A stretch of 62,589 bases of DNA, from NCBI GenBank assembly GCA_010015585.1, contig ML975154.1, one strand, 5' to 3'. Of the stretch, positions 36,375 through 48,532 are shown one piece after another. Numbering within the stretch: position 1 is the first letter of the stretch; every line of letters starts with the position of its first letter. Under the pieces are notes generated by a model. That model had not been told where the DNA came from, searched no databases, and saw nothing but the letters and a program-made list of their open reading frames with translations. This DNA is from Eremomyces bilateralis CBS 781.70 (lineage: Eukaryota). The position numbers and the translations under genes are program-made.

Positions 36375-38918
36375 ATGCCTCCCAAACGGAAGAATCCAGG
36401 TATGGTCTAAACTCCAAGGTACCCGATGCATTAACTCTGATGTTGTATGGTAGCTCAGGCAGGCGGTCCGGCCAAACGGCTTGCCTCCGGCACTAACACC
36501 CCCCGCAGCCGTGACAGCGACGAGGAATACGCCGAAGATGCCTCCGCTCCCGTCAGCGACGAAGACGATGAGGGGATGGACCATCTTGTCAAGAAGTTCA
36601 CCGTGAACTCCTACAGTCGACCGGCGAAAGCCAAGGAAACTGCCATCCACGATGCCGCAGCGCGCCTCTTTGGCAACCGAGACCATTCGCACTTAGCGCT
36701 GAAGCCGGATCATGAAGACCGACCGTTATGGATAGACCCGGATCAAGGGAAGATTATTATGGAAACGTTTTCGCCATCGTTCAAGCATGCGGAGAATTTC
36801 CTCATCAACGTGGCAGAGCCGCAGTCGAGGGTTTCGCGGATCCACGAGTATACATTAACGAGCAATAGTCTCTTTGCAGCGGTCTCGGTTGGGTTGACGA
36901 CGGAGGATATCATCAAAGAGTTGGACCTTCTGTCCAAAACCCCGATTCCGGAATCAATACGGCAGTTTATCGTCGCCTCTACACGATCATTTGGCAAAGT
37001 GAGGTTGGTTTTGAAGAACACGAAATATTTTGTGGAAAGCTCCGATCCCTCGGTCCTACAAACACTTCTGCAAGACGAAATCATCGGTCCGTTGCGGGTT
37101 GACACTGCAGAGGGATTCACGAAGTCGGCAGCGCCGAAGATGGGCAATCTGGCGATTCCAGGCACTAAAATGGCAGCTGGCGCCAAGCAAGCCGTGCAGC
37201 AAGCACCAAAGGATGATGAGGAAGAAGACGATGCCCAGAAACAAGCGGAAGCGATGACTGCAACGCTGCTGGATGAAGACGACGAAGAAGAGGAGCGCGA
37301 GCAAGTCCACTCCTTCGAGATCGCCGCGGAGTCGGTCCAGGAGGTGTCGAGGCGGTGTCGCGCCATTGATTTGCCGTTGACGGAGGAGTACGATTTCCGG
37401 AACGACGACGCAAATGCGGATCTCGACATCGATTTAAAACCCGCGTCGCAGATTCGACCATATCAAGAGCAGGCCCTCAGCAAAATGTTTGGCAACGGTC
37501 GTGCGAGGAGTGGCATTATTGTTCTGCCGTGTGGAGCGGGCAAGACCTTGGTTGGCATCACGGCCGCATGCACGATCAAGAAAGGAGTGATCGTCCTCTG
37601 CACGAGTGCCATGTCCGTGGTCCAATGGCGGGCGGAATTTATCAAATGGTCGAACGTCAATCCGAAAGACATTGCCGTCTTCACCGCCGACCACAAAGAC
37701 AGCTTTTCCGGGACGACTGGCATCATCGTGTCCACCTACTCCATGGTCACACAATCGAAAGGCCGCTCCTACGAGTCCCAAAAAGTCATGGACTTCATCG
37801 AAAACCGCGAATGGGGCCTCATGATCCTTGATGAGGTGCACGTCGTCCCCGCCGAGATGTTCAAGCGCGTCACATATAAAGTCAAGGCGCACTCCAAGCT
37901 CGGGCTGACCGCGACGCTGCTCCGCGAAGACGACAAGATCGAACACCTCAACTTCCTCATCGGCCCGAAGCTCTACGAAGCCAACTGGCAGGAACTCTCG
38001 GAGCAGGGCCATATCGCGCGCGTGCAGTGCGCCGAGGTGTGGTGTCCGATGACCCCCGAATTCTACACCGAGTACCTCAACTCCAAGGGTCGCAAGGCCC
38101 TGCTCTTCACCATGAACCCGCGCAAGTTCCAGGCCTGCCAGTTCCTCATCGACTACCACGAGCGCCGCGGCGACAAGGTCATCGTCTTCTCCGACAACGT
38201 CTACGCCCTTGAAGCCTACGCCAAGAAGCTCAACAAGGCCTATATCTACGGCGGCACTCCGCAGGCCGAGCGCCTGCGCATCCTCGAGAACTTTCAGCAC
38301 AACGAGCTCGTCAACACCGTCTTCCTCTCGAAGATCGGGGACACCAGCTTGGATCTCCCCGAGGCGACCTGCCTCATTCAGATCTCCTCGCATTACGGGT
38401 CCCGCCGCCAGGAAGCGCAGCGGCTCGGCCGCATCCTCCGAGCGAAGCGCCGCAACGACGAGGGATTCAACGCGTTCTTCTACTCGCTGGTCTCGAAAGA
38501 CACCGCGGAGATGTACTACTCCTCTAAACGGCAAGCCTTCCTCGTCGACCAAGGCTACGCCTTCAAAGTGATCACCCACCTCCACGGCATCGACGCGATG
38601 CCGAACCTCGCGTTCAAAACCCCGCAAGAGCGCCGCGACCTGCTGATGTCGGTGATGTTGCAGATCGAGTCGGACGCGAGCCTCGGCGACGTGGAGCGGA
38701 TCGAGGGGGATCTGTTCAGCGAGGCGCGAGGCCGGTACGGGAAGAAGAAGGCAAAGCGGACGGCGGGGATGTTGAGCGATTTGAGCGGGGGGCAGGATAT
38801 GGCGTATGTGGAGTATGGGAAGAGTCGGAATAAAGAGTTGGCGGGGGGGAAGGGGAAGCATAAATCGTTTATGACGAAGTTGCGGAGGGATGCGGAGAGG
38901 CGAAAGGGGGGGATTTAG
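36375..38918 (+). CDS. SSL2: TFIIH DNA translocase XPB (Ssl2/Rad25)
   Basis: Exons 36375-36399 and 36454-38918. Motifs [68 protein letters not shown]. Confidence 0.98.
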
Positions 38919-39206
38919 ATGTAATGGTCACGAATTGCTGGGGTCGAGGGCTTTGGGTAGATCTCGCTGCAGATATAGCGACCTAGGATCTCACGGTCGA
39001 GAAATTGAAAGGTCTGAAACAAACTCATTGATCATGCTTTGCTGTCTGTAGTCTTCAGGGAAGAGACCAGTTCCCCACTTCCAAATGACTAGCGCTTTTC
39101 AATATATTCCTGAGATACCATTCATGATTTTGCGTTTTCCCCATGAGAATATGAAGGGTATACCCAAAGAAATACAATACCATCATTACTTACCCTCATC
39201 AACCCA

Positions 39207-40791
39207 CTAATACCCTCTCTCCCCAACCCTCACTGGCCCCCCCATCCATCCCAACCGCTCATAATACCGAAACACCAAATCATACCCATCCAAATAATGC
39301 ACGATCCGCTCCACCCGCTTATACCCCGGAATCTCCTCCATCCGCGCATTCCCACTCGCCCGTCCCCCCTCGGCCCCGCCCCCCCGCTCCTCGCTCCGCA
39401 CCCGCGCCTCGAACAGCGTCACGCTAAACCGCCCCGGCTTGAAGATCTTTACGACTTGCGCCACTAGGTCCGCGGTCTGTCGACCTCCCTGGCGCGCGGG
39501 CACGTTCGTCTCGAACGAGGCGTAGGAGAATCCGGGTTCGGGGGTGACGTGGACGGTGAAGTAGTGGGTTTCGGAGGGGGAGGACGGGGTGGTGGATTTT
39601 GGGTTGGGGGCAGTGACGGGGATGACGCCGTTGGCGGAGAAGCCGCACGGGGGGAAGAGGTAGGCGTCGACGCGGGCGTTGGGGAAGTCGGCAGTCGGGT
39701 AGATGTCGGCGAGGCCGCAGGTGTCGGAGACGACGGTGCCGAGGGCGTGGCCTTTGTCGTCGTCGAGGTCGGATTTCTCGGACGGGGAAGCGGAGGTGGT
39801 GGTGGAGACGTCGGAGCTGGCGTCGAAAGTGCAGTCGGCGGGTGTGTAGGGGCTTTTAACGTTGGCGGGGAAGGGGGAGACGCGGGAGGGGGAGACCTTG
39901 TGGCGGAGGCGCTGGGCGGTTAGCTCGGCTTCCGCGACGTAGAATTGCTTGGCGTTTTCTTCGTCAAGGTCGGTCATGAGGATTTCGAGGGTTTCGTCTT
40001 CTTGTTCGTCCGACGGTATATGCGGGAAGAGCACTTCGGGGGCCATGCTCTGCGCAAGGGGATCGCTCGCGTCCGCCGCTCCGGACGCCGTGGGAAGGGG
40101 AAGTCCCAAGGGCGGATTCGTCACATAGAGGAACCAGTGCTCGCCATTCATCTTGCCGATCATATACGCGCTGCCACCGTTGAACGTCTTGTCGAGGTAG
40201 CGCACCTCGTCTCCCCAGCTACGGTGCGGTCCATGTTGGCGATCCGGGAAGAGGAAGTTCTTCCGGCTGTAGAAAACTCGGTACGGCACCGCCGCCGCCA
40301 GCAGTCCTTTATGCGGATCGGCCGGCACCCCGGCAAATCCGACGTCTTGGAATGCGATTTCCAACATGCGAGGGATTCCGTAGAGAAGGGTCGTCGTTCC
40401 ACAGGTCTTCAGCACCAGCTTGTGCGGCCAAACGAACATGCTAGATTCGGACAGGAGGTATGCATCGACATGTTCGGACTTGACGATAGAGAGGACCTTG
40501 CAGCTGACCAGATCCAGCATCTCCTTCCATGTGTCCTCCGAAACGGCCTTCAACCCATTTGGCGCGACGCCGGCGGGCAGGTCGTGGGCGGTGGCGGAAA
40601 ACCAAACCTCAAGGAGCTTCTCCGGTCCTGAGACATGTCAGTTAAAACCCCATCCTGATCCCATCGAAACCCTCACCTTCAAACGCGTTCGAGGAATCTA
40701 AATCCTTGATCGCCTCATGGTTGATGCTGACGCTTGGAGTTCCGACGAATGATGCCGGAGTCCCAATGTGGTTGATATCCAGCGCGACCAT
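39207..40791 (-). CDS. SPE2: S-adenosylmethionine decarboxylase proenzyme
   Basis: Exons 40791-40677 and 40627-39207. Motifs FEGPEKLLEVWF, YLLSE-SSMF (pyruvoyl self-cleavage site), LKTCGTT, FPPCGFSANG, TVHVTPEPGFSYASFETN. Confidence 0.97.
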
Positions 40792-40811
40792 CTCCGTTGT
40801 ATCTCGACGGA

Positions 40812-41287
40812 TCAACCCCCTTCAACTCCTTCTCGTGCCTCGATGCTGGCGGCGTCAAACCGGAGAGAGCGGAGTGGTGAGCTCACGCTGCCACCCAGAC
40901 GAACAGGAGTCTGTCCGTCTGAGGAGAGGAGGCCCACGAACGATGGGGAGGAGAACGGCTGGTTCAACCCAGCGGAGTCGTCGTAGGAGGACGGAGAAGG
41001 CGGTTAAGGAGGGCGAGCAGAGAGGGGTAGAAAAAAGGCCTTTGGCGGCGTAATCGTGGCGATACCGGGGTGGCCTCGATCTGGTAGATTCCGATACCTG
41101 GAAGTATCGGGTCCGCAGATGAGGAGATCTGCTATTCAGCTGGTTTATAGGAAATCGTTGTAAGCCGTGTTATCTAGGTCTTTGAATCGTATGGTCAGCC
41201 ACTGTTTGCCGTCGACTCATTGATGTGAACAAATTATACGTACTTCCCGGGCTTGGACAGGATCCGTACGAGATCTTCCCGACGCAT
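40812..41287 (-). promoter_or_regulatory. Long spliced 5' leader of SPE2 with upstream ORFs
   Basis: AUG uORF from 41287 across a putative intron 41243-41174 (GTACGT..GCTGAC..CTAG) ends at TAA 41172-41170. An AUG-less 104-codon frame runs 41169-40855. An ACG-initiated frame 41057-41004 ends RPP-stop. Confidence 0.55.
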
Positions 41288-41915
41288 GAAGAAGTGGCGG
41301 TAGTGGCGTTACAACAGCCAAGTGTTGTTTAACTGGAGGAGACTATCTCGCAGCTCCGCCAGTTTGAAGGATGCCGTCTGCCGATGATGAAAAAGAAGTG
41401 TTCGGATCGTTGGTTCGGAGGAGAGTGTCAATTCTTGACGCGGTCCGTTCCGAGGGTAGCCCTGAAATTTAGAGGAACACGCAGTGGGTGGGTGAATCTC
41501 TCCAGAATCGGCTTTAATAGTCGATTCGAAGAGACGCTGGGGAATATGGTCTGCACATATGCAGTGATTAAATTGGCGTGGAGGCAGAAAGTATGAGGAG
41601 TATAAGAATTTTTAGTCGAGTGTGTTGAAATATTGCGGGAATTGTGTGAGAAGATGAAGCCACAGAAAGCGGGGCAAGGTGCGTTTTTTCGTTGCACATT
41701 GCGATCAGCAATTTGATCAGCACGCGACACTCCGCTTGATCTGCTGCTGGATGACGGTTGGCATGGGAATATTATATTAGATCCATCAATTGGACTTGGA
41801 GCCGATGGATGCTTTGTTCAGAATCCCAAGGCACTCTATTCGTATATTCATGACAATAGCTGGTGGGTATCAAGATCATGCATGCTCCGAACATGACTGT
41901 ATACTGTACATATCA

Positions 41916-42908
41916 TCAAGTCCCCCCATTCCTATCCCGCTCCTCTATATCCTTCAATATACTGTTCACCATTCCCTCAAACAGAGGATATATTGAACAA
42001 CTCGTGTACTTTTCAACCAGCAACCCATCATCCCTCGTCCCTGCATCCTCCCCATTCCCCTCCGCTTCTTGTGCTTCCGTGCCACCCACAACCGTTCCCT
42101 TCGGATACACCGGCCTCTTCCCCTCCTCAATCAAAGCCACAAATGCCGGATCGATAGGAACGCTCCCCAAGAATGGCACCACCGCCTCCCTCGCCATGAT
42201 TTCGCCCCCCCCTTTGCTAAACACATTCGTACACTCACTGCAATGCGGACACACGAACCCCGCCATGTTTTCTACCACTCCCAACACCCGCAGCCCCGTC
42301 TTCCGGCAAAAATCCAGCTCCTTCTTGACGTCCGAGATCGCGACCGCCTGCGGGGTAGTGACCACCACCGCTCCGGATAGCTGAGCGGGGGTCGCAGCAG
42401 TTTCCTTCAGCAGCGTTTCAAGAAGCGAGATGTGCTCATCGGACGTTCCGGGGGGGGTGTCGATCAGAAGGTACTCGGTGTCGGACGGCCAAACGGTCGA
42501 GGTGAGGAATTGGCGGACCATGGCCGTCTTTTTCGGACCGCGCCAGATGACGGCGGTGGAGCGACTGGAGAGGACGAGGCCGAGGGAGATGGCGGAGAGA
42601 CGGGCATAGCTGATGTTTGAAGATGGGGTGGTGGAGGGGTTATCGGAAGAGGTAGGTACAGTAGGTTGCGCCGGTTTTGCTTCGTGGACGGTAACTGGTA
42701 ATAGCCCGCCGGCCGACTGTGTGATCTTTGCGGACTCGACACCTAGAAAGCGTGGGATGGAGGGACCGGTGAGATCGACGTCGAGGATCCCAACCGAATG
42801 GCCTTGTAAAGACAGTGTCAGAGCAAGCTGCGTCGTGACACTGGATTTCCCCACGCCGCCTTTGCCGGAGAGGACGAGGATGATATGGGGGATTTGTTGG
42901 AGAGACAT
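41916..42908 (-). CDS. CFD1: Cytosolic Fe-S cluster assembly P-loop NTPase Cfd1
   Basis: Motifs [45 protein letters not shown]. It lacks the N-terminal Cys cluster of Nbp35. Confidence 0.93.
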   Translation of the reverse strand: MSLQQIPHIILVLSGKGGVGKSSVTTQLALTLSLQGHSVGILDVDLTGPSIPRFLGVESAKITQSAGGLLPVTVHEAKPAQPTVPTSSDNPSTTPSSNISYARLSAISLGLVLSSRSTAVIWRGPKKTAMVRQFLTSTVWPSDTEYLLIDTPPGTSDEHISLLETLLKETAATPAQLSGAVVVTTPQAVAISDVKKELDFCRKTGLRVLGVVENMAGFVCPHCSECTNVFSKGGGEIMAREAVVPFLGSVPIDPAFVALIEEGKRPVYPKGTVVGGTEAQEAEGNGEDAGTRDDGLLVEKYTSCSIYPLFEGMVNSILKDIEERDRNGGT

Positions 42909-43537
42909 GGTTGCGTTCGGTCAATCCGGGCGAAGATGGTGGGATGAAGCTCTCGGAATAGTCAAGGCGGTTGAAGGGACAGTGGGAAAACTCATGTTGA
43001 TGTCGCCATCGTCATATTTGGCTTTTGAGAGATCGAGGATTAATAATTGCGGACGCGAGCTAGTAGGAGGTCCGATGAAGGTGGCGGAAGATCAGTCGAA
43101 AAAAGAGCAGGTAGGGGTGGAGCGGGGCGGAACGGAGGTCAGCGGGATTCAGGGAGTCGGGGCATATGCGGCGGTGCATGGTTCTCGGCGGACGACAAAC
43201 ACCATCATCCCCACTCTTCCATGTGTGGCTCAGCCCATAGCAACGTCGACGCACCAATTGTTTTCGGTTGCACGACATCCTCATATATTGAAACCGTGAA
43301 ACCGTCATCACTTCCGATGAACCTCCAGGAATAAAGACTCGCTCATTGTCCGACTGCTATTTGCGCATACACTTACGTTTGTCATTCATCTCTGCGATAT
43401 TCGTTTGGACTACATCGTTTGGAAACATCGAACTGGCGTCCTCATCTGTCTGTTTACACTTAACGCTGGAATCGTGCGCCATGCAATGAGTCCAGCATTA
43501 CCGATCATTCAAACAAGAATTAGAGCAAAAGCCTGTT

Positions 43538-46500
43538 ATGATGGCTCTCACCGCTCCGCCTCTCCCTATGCGGTTCCCATGTTGGTGTAGAGCCGTCTAT
43601 TCATATGGAGGAGAGGTGCGTTTTACCTGGCGAACGAAAGTCCATTATCCTAACCCACTACGCAGACCAAACGTGACCTTGGCTTCATCGAAGGCGACTT
43701 AATAGAATGCCTCAATGCTGGCGACGGGTCCTGGTGGATGGGACGCTTACGTCGCGACAAACGAATGGTCGGCCTCTTCCCCTCGAACTTCGTCGAGGTC
43801 CTCGACGAGTCCTTCGCACCAAGTCCAATACCATCGCGAGATAGCGGAGGAAGCATCTCGCGAGCAAACAGTCCGAATCCGAGCAACCCCCAATCTACGC
43901 CACAGAAGTCGAAGAGTATGTTTCGGAAACCGTTCCAGGCGTATGCGGCGGCGGGGTCACCGAATCCAGAGGCCGCGGCACGGCAGACAATGACACCGCC
44001 AGGGAGCTTGAGATCGTCGCATAAACCGTTTTCGTCGATGAAGCGAGCGCAACCGCCTGGTGGGAGTCGAGCAACGTCACCGGCGCCGCCTACACCGTCG
44101 CTTAATGGCCCATCGCGGCTGGGCGCAGTATCTCCTGCTCCAAGCAGGTTTCAGTCACGGGCTGCGTCGCCTAACCCTGCTTATCAACCACATTTTCGAG
44201 CGGCCTCTCCTGCGCCTCCCTCATTTGCGCCAACATATTCTCGTGTGGCCTCTCCCAATCCTCACTCATTCGCTCAGACACATTCCCGTGCAGCCTCTCC
44301 CAACCCTCACTCATATGCCCGAACTCATTCTCGTGCAGCCTCTCCTAACCCACACGCATTTGCTCGACCGCATTCTCGTGGACCTTCTCCTCAACATTAC
44401 TCATTTGCTCGACCGCATTCTCGCGCAGCTTCTCCTCAACCTTACCACATTGATGAACCTCCACCTCCTCCGCCACCTCATCGAGTCGCTTACAATCCGA
44501 GCCGTGCTCCTTCTCCAAGACCATTGTACACCAATGGATCACATACTCCTGAGATGTCAGGCTCACCGAGCAGAGACGGCTTCACACCTTCACCTCTCAC
44601 AAGCGCCATGAATGATGTCATGTCCTCCCTCCACAATCTTGGTCGTCGGCAAAGCGACGTTGATACACCAAACGAGCCTCCCACACCACCAAATATCTGG
44701 TCTCCAGAGTCGTTCAATGTCATCTCACAGCAACAGACAAATAAGATACGTGCTCAGACATCCTTAGGAGTGTCCCTGCACGACACCAGCGCCTATGACG
44801 ACGAAGGCTATGACGTGGACGATGAAAAGAACTACAATGCCGCTCCCAACGTCGGCAACTATGTTCAGCGTATGGAAGCGCGCCTCCGGAAACTCCACGA
44901 AGAAGAAGACCGCAAGCGTGAAGCGGCATCGCTCAACCCATCCTTCGCTCCCGAAGTCCCTCCCAAATCTCCGCGACCTGGCACTTCACACGGTTCACAC
45001 GACGACTCACTCTCACGAAAGAGCTCCCGACGCTCCTTGCGCACCCGCAAATCGGCTTACGAACTCGGACACAAGATTGGTCGCACATTGACGCTGAAAT
45101 CCACTGCCACCAACTCCACATCGAACAGCGCCAACACGAACGCAAGCAACAGCACCCATGCCACCAGCCAGAGTCTCATGAGTGGCTACTCCGCCACGGG
45201 AATGAGCGCCACCAGTGCCGGTAGCCTCGCACGACGACGCTGGCCCCTCGGAATCAGCCGCAGCAGACCAGGAAGCAGCGCGAGCCACCGCGACGCGCAC
45301 ACAAGCTTAGGGTTCAGCCAGTCGAGGCCACAGACACCAGTAACGGGAGTAACTTACCACTCCAGCCACAATTCCAGTCAACAAGAATGGAATGGGACAG
45401 AAGGGAGCAGCGTCCTCGGCGGATTAACTGCGCCGAAGGCCAAGAAGTCCGGGTTCCTGAAGAAGATGCTCGAGTCTAGCAAGACGGTCGCTGCGTCGGC
45501 CAGGAGCACGATCTCGTCCGCGCAGAGCATGAGCCGGCCTGGCTCGCGGCAGCAGAAGGTGTCAGCGATCCCGAATGGGATCACGGCAATTGCGGGAGGG
45601 ACGGCGGCGACGCCGTCGAGGCCGACATCGAGCGCCGCGAGGGATATGGGGCTGGGGAATATGGTGGATTGGATGCAAGTGCGGCGAGATGTGAACCGGT
45701 CGAATTCACTAAGCAATAACGAGAGGGTGGAGAGGGCGGAACGATGCCAAATGTTAGATCTCGCGGTCATCTCGCCAGTGGAAACGCTGCTCCACTCGGT
45801 GGAAGGAGATGAAGGACTCGATGGGCTACCAATCCAAGAGCCAACCGACTTCGCGAGCTGCAACCTCAGCCTCGTTGACAAGACCGCACGGTTTGTCGCC
45901 AACCTACCCCCCATGACCAACGCCGCAAGCTTGGTCCAAGGCTACATCTGCCGCCCCTACCGCTCCGACGTGCAGCGCCTCCGCGCCATCTTCACCTGGG
46001 TGGCCGAGCGCATCGCCTGGGAAGAGGACTTCGACGGCGAGATCGACACGCGCCGCGTCATCCAAAGCAAGCGCGGTTGCACCGAGGAAATTGCGGTCCT
46101 CGTCATGGAAATGTGCGGTGCCGTCGGCATCCACGCGGAGGTGGTCCGCGGGTTCCTCAAGGCGCCGGGCGGGGAGCTCGATATCGATATGGTGGCGCGG
46201 CCGAATCATTGGTGGAACGCGGTGATTGTCGATGGGGAGTGGCGGCTGTTGGATTGCGCGCTGGCGAGCCCAACGAATCCGCGGAGAAGTCAGTACTCGA
46301 GCGCCGGATCGCAGGTGGCAGAGACGTGGTGGTTTTTGACGCGGCCTTCGGAGCTGTGCTACACGCATGTGCCGCTGCTCCCTGAGCAACAGCATATCTG
46401 CCCGCCGATGCCGCATGGTGTGCTCATGGCACTGCCGTGCGCGTCGCCGACGTACTTCAAGCACAAGCTGCATATCACCGAGTTCGACACTAGCCAGCTG

Positions 46501-47369
46501 CACCTAGAGAATCTGGAGATGGCACATATTCATCTCGAGGTGCCCGAGGATGTGGAGTGCGTAGCAGAGATTGAGGTGCGCGCATTCGCGCAAGATGTGG
46601 ATGGCGACTTTTTCGAGAGCGGAGAAGTACATCGGAAGCCGGCTTTGGCGCAGGCGGACTGGGTGAATGGGCAGAAGCGGTATACAATTAAGGCACTTTT
46701 ACCAGGGGATGAGGGACAAGGCGTACTGAAAGTCCATGCCGGCAAGCGCGGGCTCAAGGTAAGTTATCCAACCCTCCAAACACGCTCAATTCCTCTCACT
46801 AACTCCCCCAGCACTCCATAAAATCCAACCCCCACTCCCTTGCCCTCGCCCTCCCCCTCCGCCATACCGGCCAAAACCCCCCCTACGCCTTCCTCACCCG
46901 GCATCCCACTCCCCACGCCCAACGCCACGACCTCTACGTTGTCCAACCTCAATGCCACCGCCTCGCCTGCAACAACACCTTCGTCTTCTCCGTCCGCCAA
47001 CACCCCTCCACCCTCCTCGCCTCCCCCAACCCGAACGTTGCCCCCTCCCGCGCCCCCTCGCCCAACCCCTTCGCCCGCCCCGCCTCCGCTATGAGCATGG
47101 CCAGCGTCTCCGCCGCCGGCAGCCAGTTCAGCCATCCGAGCACGTCGAGCGGCGGCGGTGGGGAGCGGAAGCCGGCGAAGTTGGCGGTGCAGAGTCCCGC
47201 GGGGAAAATCATTCGATTGACGAGACGGAGCGAGATGGGGGATGGGCAGTCGGCGGGGGGGACGTGGGAGACGGTGGTGAAGATTGGGGAGTTGGGGACG
47301 TGGAGGGGGTTGGTGTTGGCGGATCGGAGTGCGAGGTGGTGCGTGTTTGCGGAGTGGGAGTGTGTTTGA
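43538..47369 (+). CDS. CYK3: Cytokinesis protein Cyk3 (SH3 plus transglutaminase-like domain)
   Basis: Exons 43538-43615, 43666-46758, 46812-47369. SH3 CRAVYSYGGE-TKRDLGFIEGD...WWMGRL...GLFPSNFV; TGase-like RLRAIFTWV...HWWNAVIVDGEWRLLD; C-terminus WCVFAEWECV. Confidence 0.93.
44221..44445 (+). repeat. Coding tandem repeat, 5 x 45 bp (15 aa), inside CYK3
   Basis: SFAPTYSRVASPNPH / SFAQTHSRAASPNPH / SYARTHSRAASPNPH / AFARPHSRGPSPQHY / SFARPHSRAASPQPY. Confidence 0.9.
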
Positions 47370-48532
47370 GGGTAAGGGGAGAAACTCATTGGACGTCTTG
47401 CGATTTTCAGCCGGGGGAGTTCTTGGTAATGGATGGGGGAGTTATGCGCTTTGAGAATGTTGGTTTGGTCTATGGTCTGTCTGGAGCATTTGGTGCGGTC
47501 ATGGCATTCAGGGGCTGATGGCATCCAGAAAGTTATCCATCTTTTTCGGTTACGGAATGGCCGGTAGAGGCTGGATTAAATTTCAGATAGCAATCGTATG
47601 TGCCAATTCATAATGGCGTTCGACAAATCTAACCTGCTATCCTCAAACGTAATTACTCTCACTATGATACAATCCTAGCTCCATTTGTGGGCTCTAATTC
47701 CCTCTAGAATCGATCCTTTTCAATCCGCATGCAGGAATCTAAATACATAGACGAGCTTGATTCTTGTAAGAAGAACGGAAAGTTCGTCCTCTATGTGCTA
47801 AGTCTAGTTAGGTGTATCCTATCATAGCTCATAAGAGACCCCCGGCGCTATAATAATAAAGGTAATTTGATTTCCCCTAAAATGAGTTTAGTTTCCATAA
47901 CCTTGTCAAGTTACATATTGTGTGCTCTAACAATAAGTTATTTGCTACTATGAGGATGTACATAGGACTTTTTGGAGTCATTGAAGGGGAACCAATCAGG
48001 CAACACTGATATGACTGAAATCCTTCGTGGGATAGTCAAATCACTTAGCTAGATATAGTCTGAAAAACAGTCTTCTCTAAATAAACCATGTTTGGAAACC
48101 CAATACTAGGTGTCAAATTCCTTGACGGGCAAGATTCAATGCAAATGAAGTTGTTGAATACAGCATCAATGGTGATTTCAACATTCTCCTGCTTCCCTAT
48201 AGAAACAGCTTACGCCGAATCGTACAACATGCTCCAGTCCAACATCGCGCAAACGTGGCGTTACTTGATTCAGATGCATACGGAACCCTTTTGAACTATA
48301 GAGCCCGTGCTCAATTCACAAGCCAACAGACCCCGCGGATTCGCTTGCTGCTCACGGATGAGCTGCTGATGCACCGTCCTAGGGGGGTTGTCCTCATTGT
48401 ATATTGCATGGTATTTGTGGGATTTTTCTTTCGTCGTCAGAACGGTCAGTCCGAGATGCGGATATGGCAACTGTACTATTCCTAGTCGTTTGAGGGTGGA
48501 GGAACCGATCGAACTGATCACTTTGTGGTTGC

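Noticed and set aside
37434..38861. 475-aa antisense ORF opposite SSL2/XPB
   Set aside because: Shadow ORF produced by strong C/G third-position bias of the sense gene; no recognisable motifs.
46069..46260. Cyk3 transglutaminase-like domain as an active enzyme
   Set aside because: The apparent nucleophile position is Thr (RGCTEEIA) and Cyk3 domains are regarded as catalytically inactive; not novel.
47760..48480. AT/TpA-rich stretch with a PDW...LIVRAH-like fragment
   Set aside because: Too degenerate to assign to HET or a transposon.
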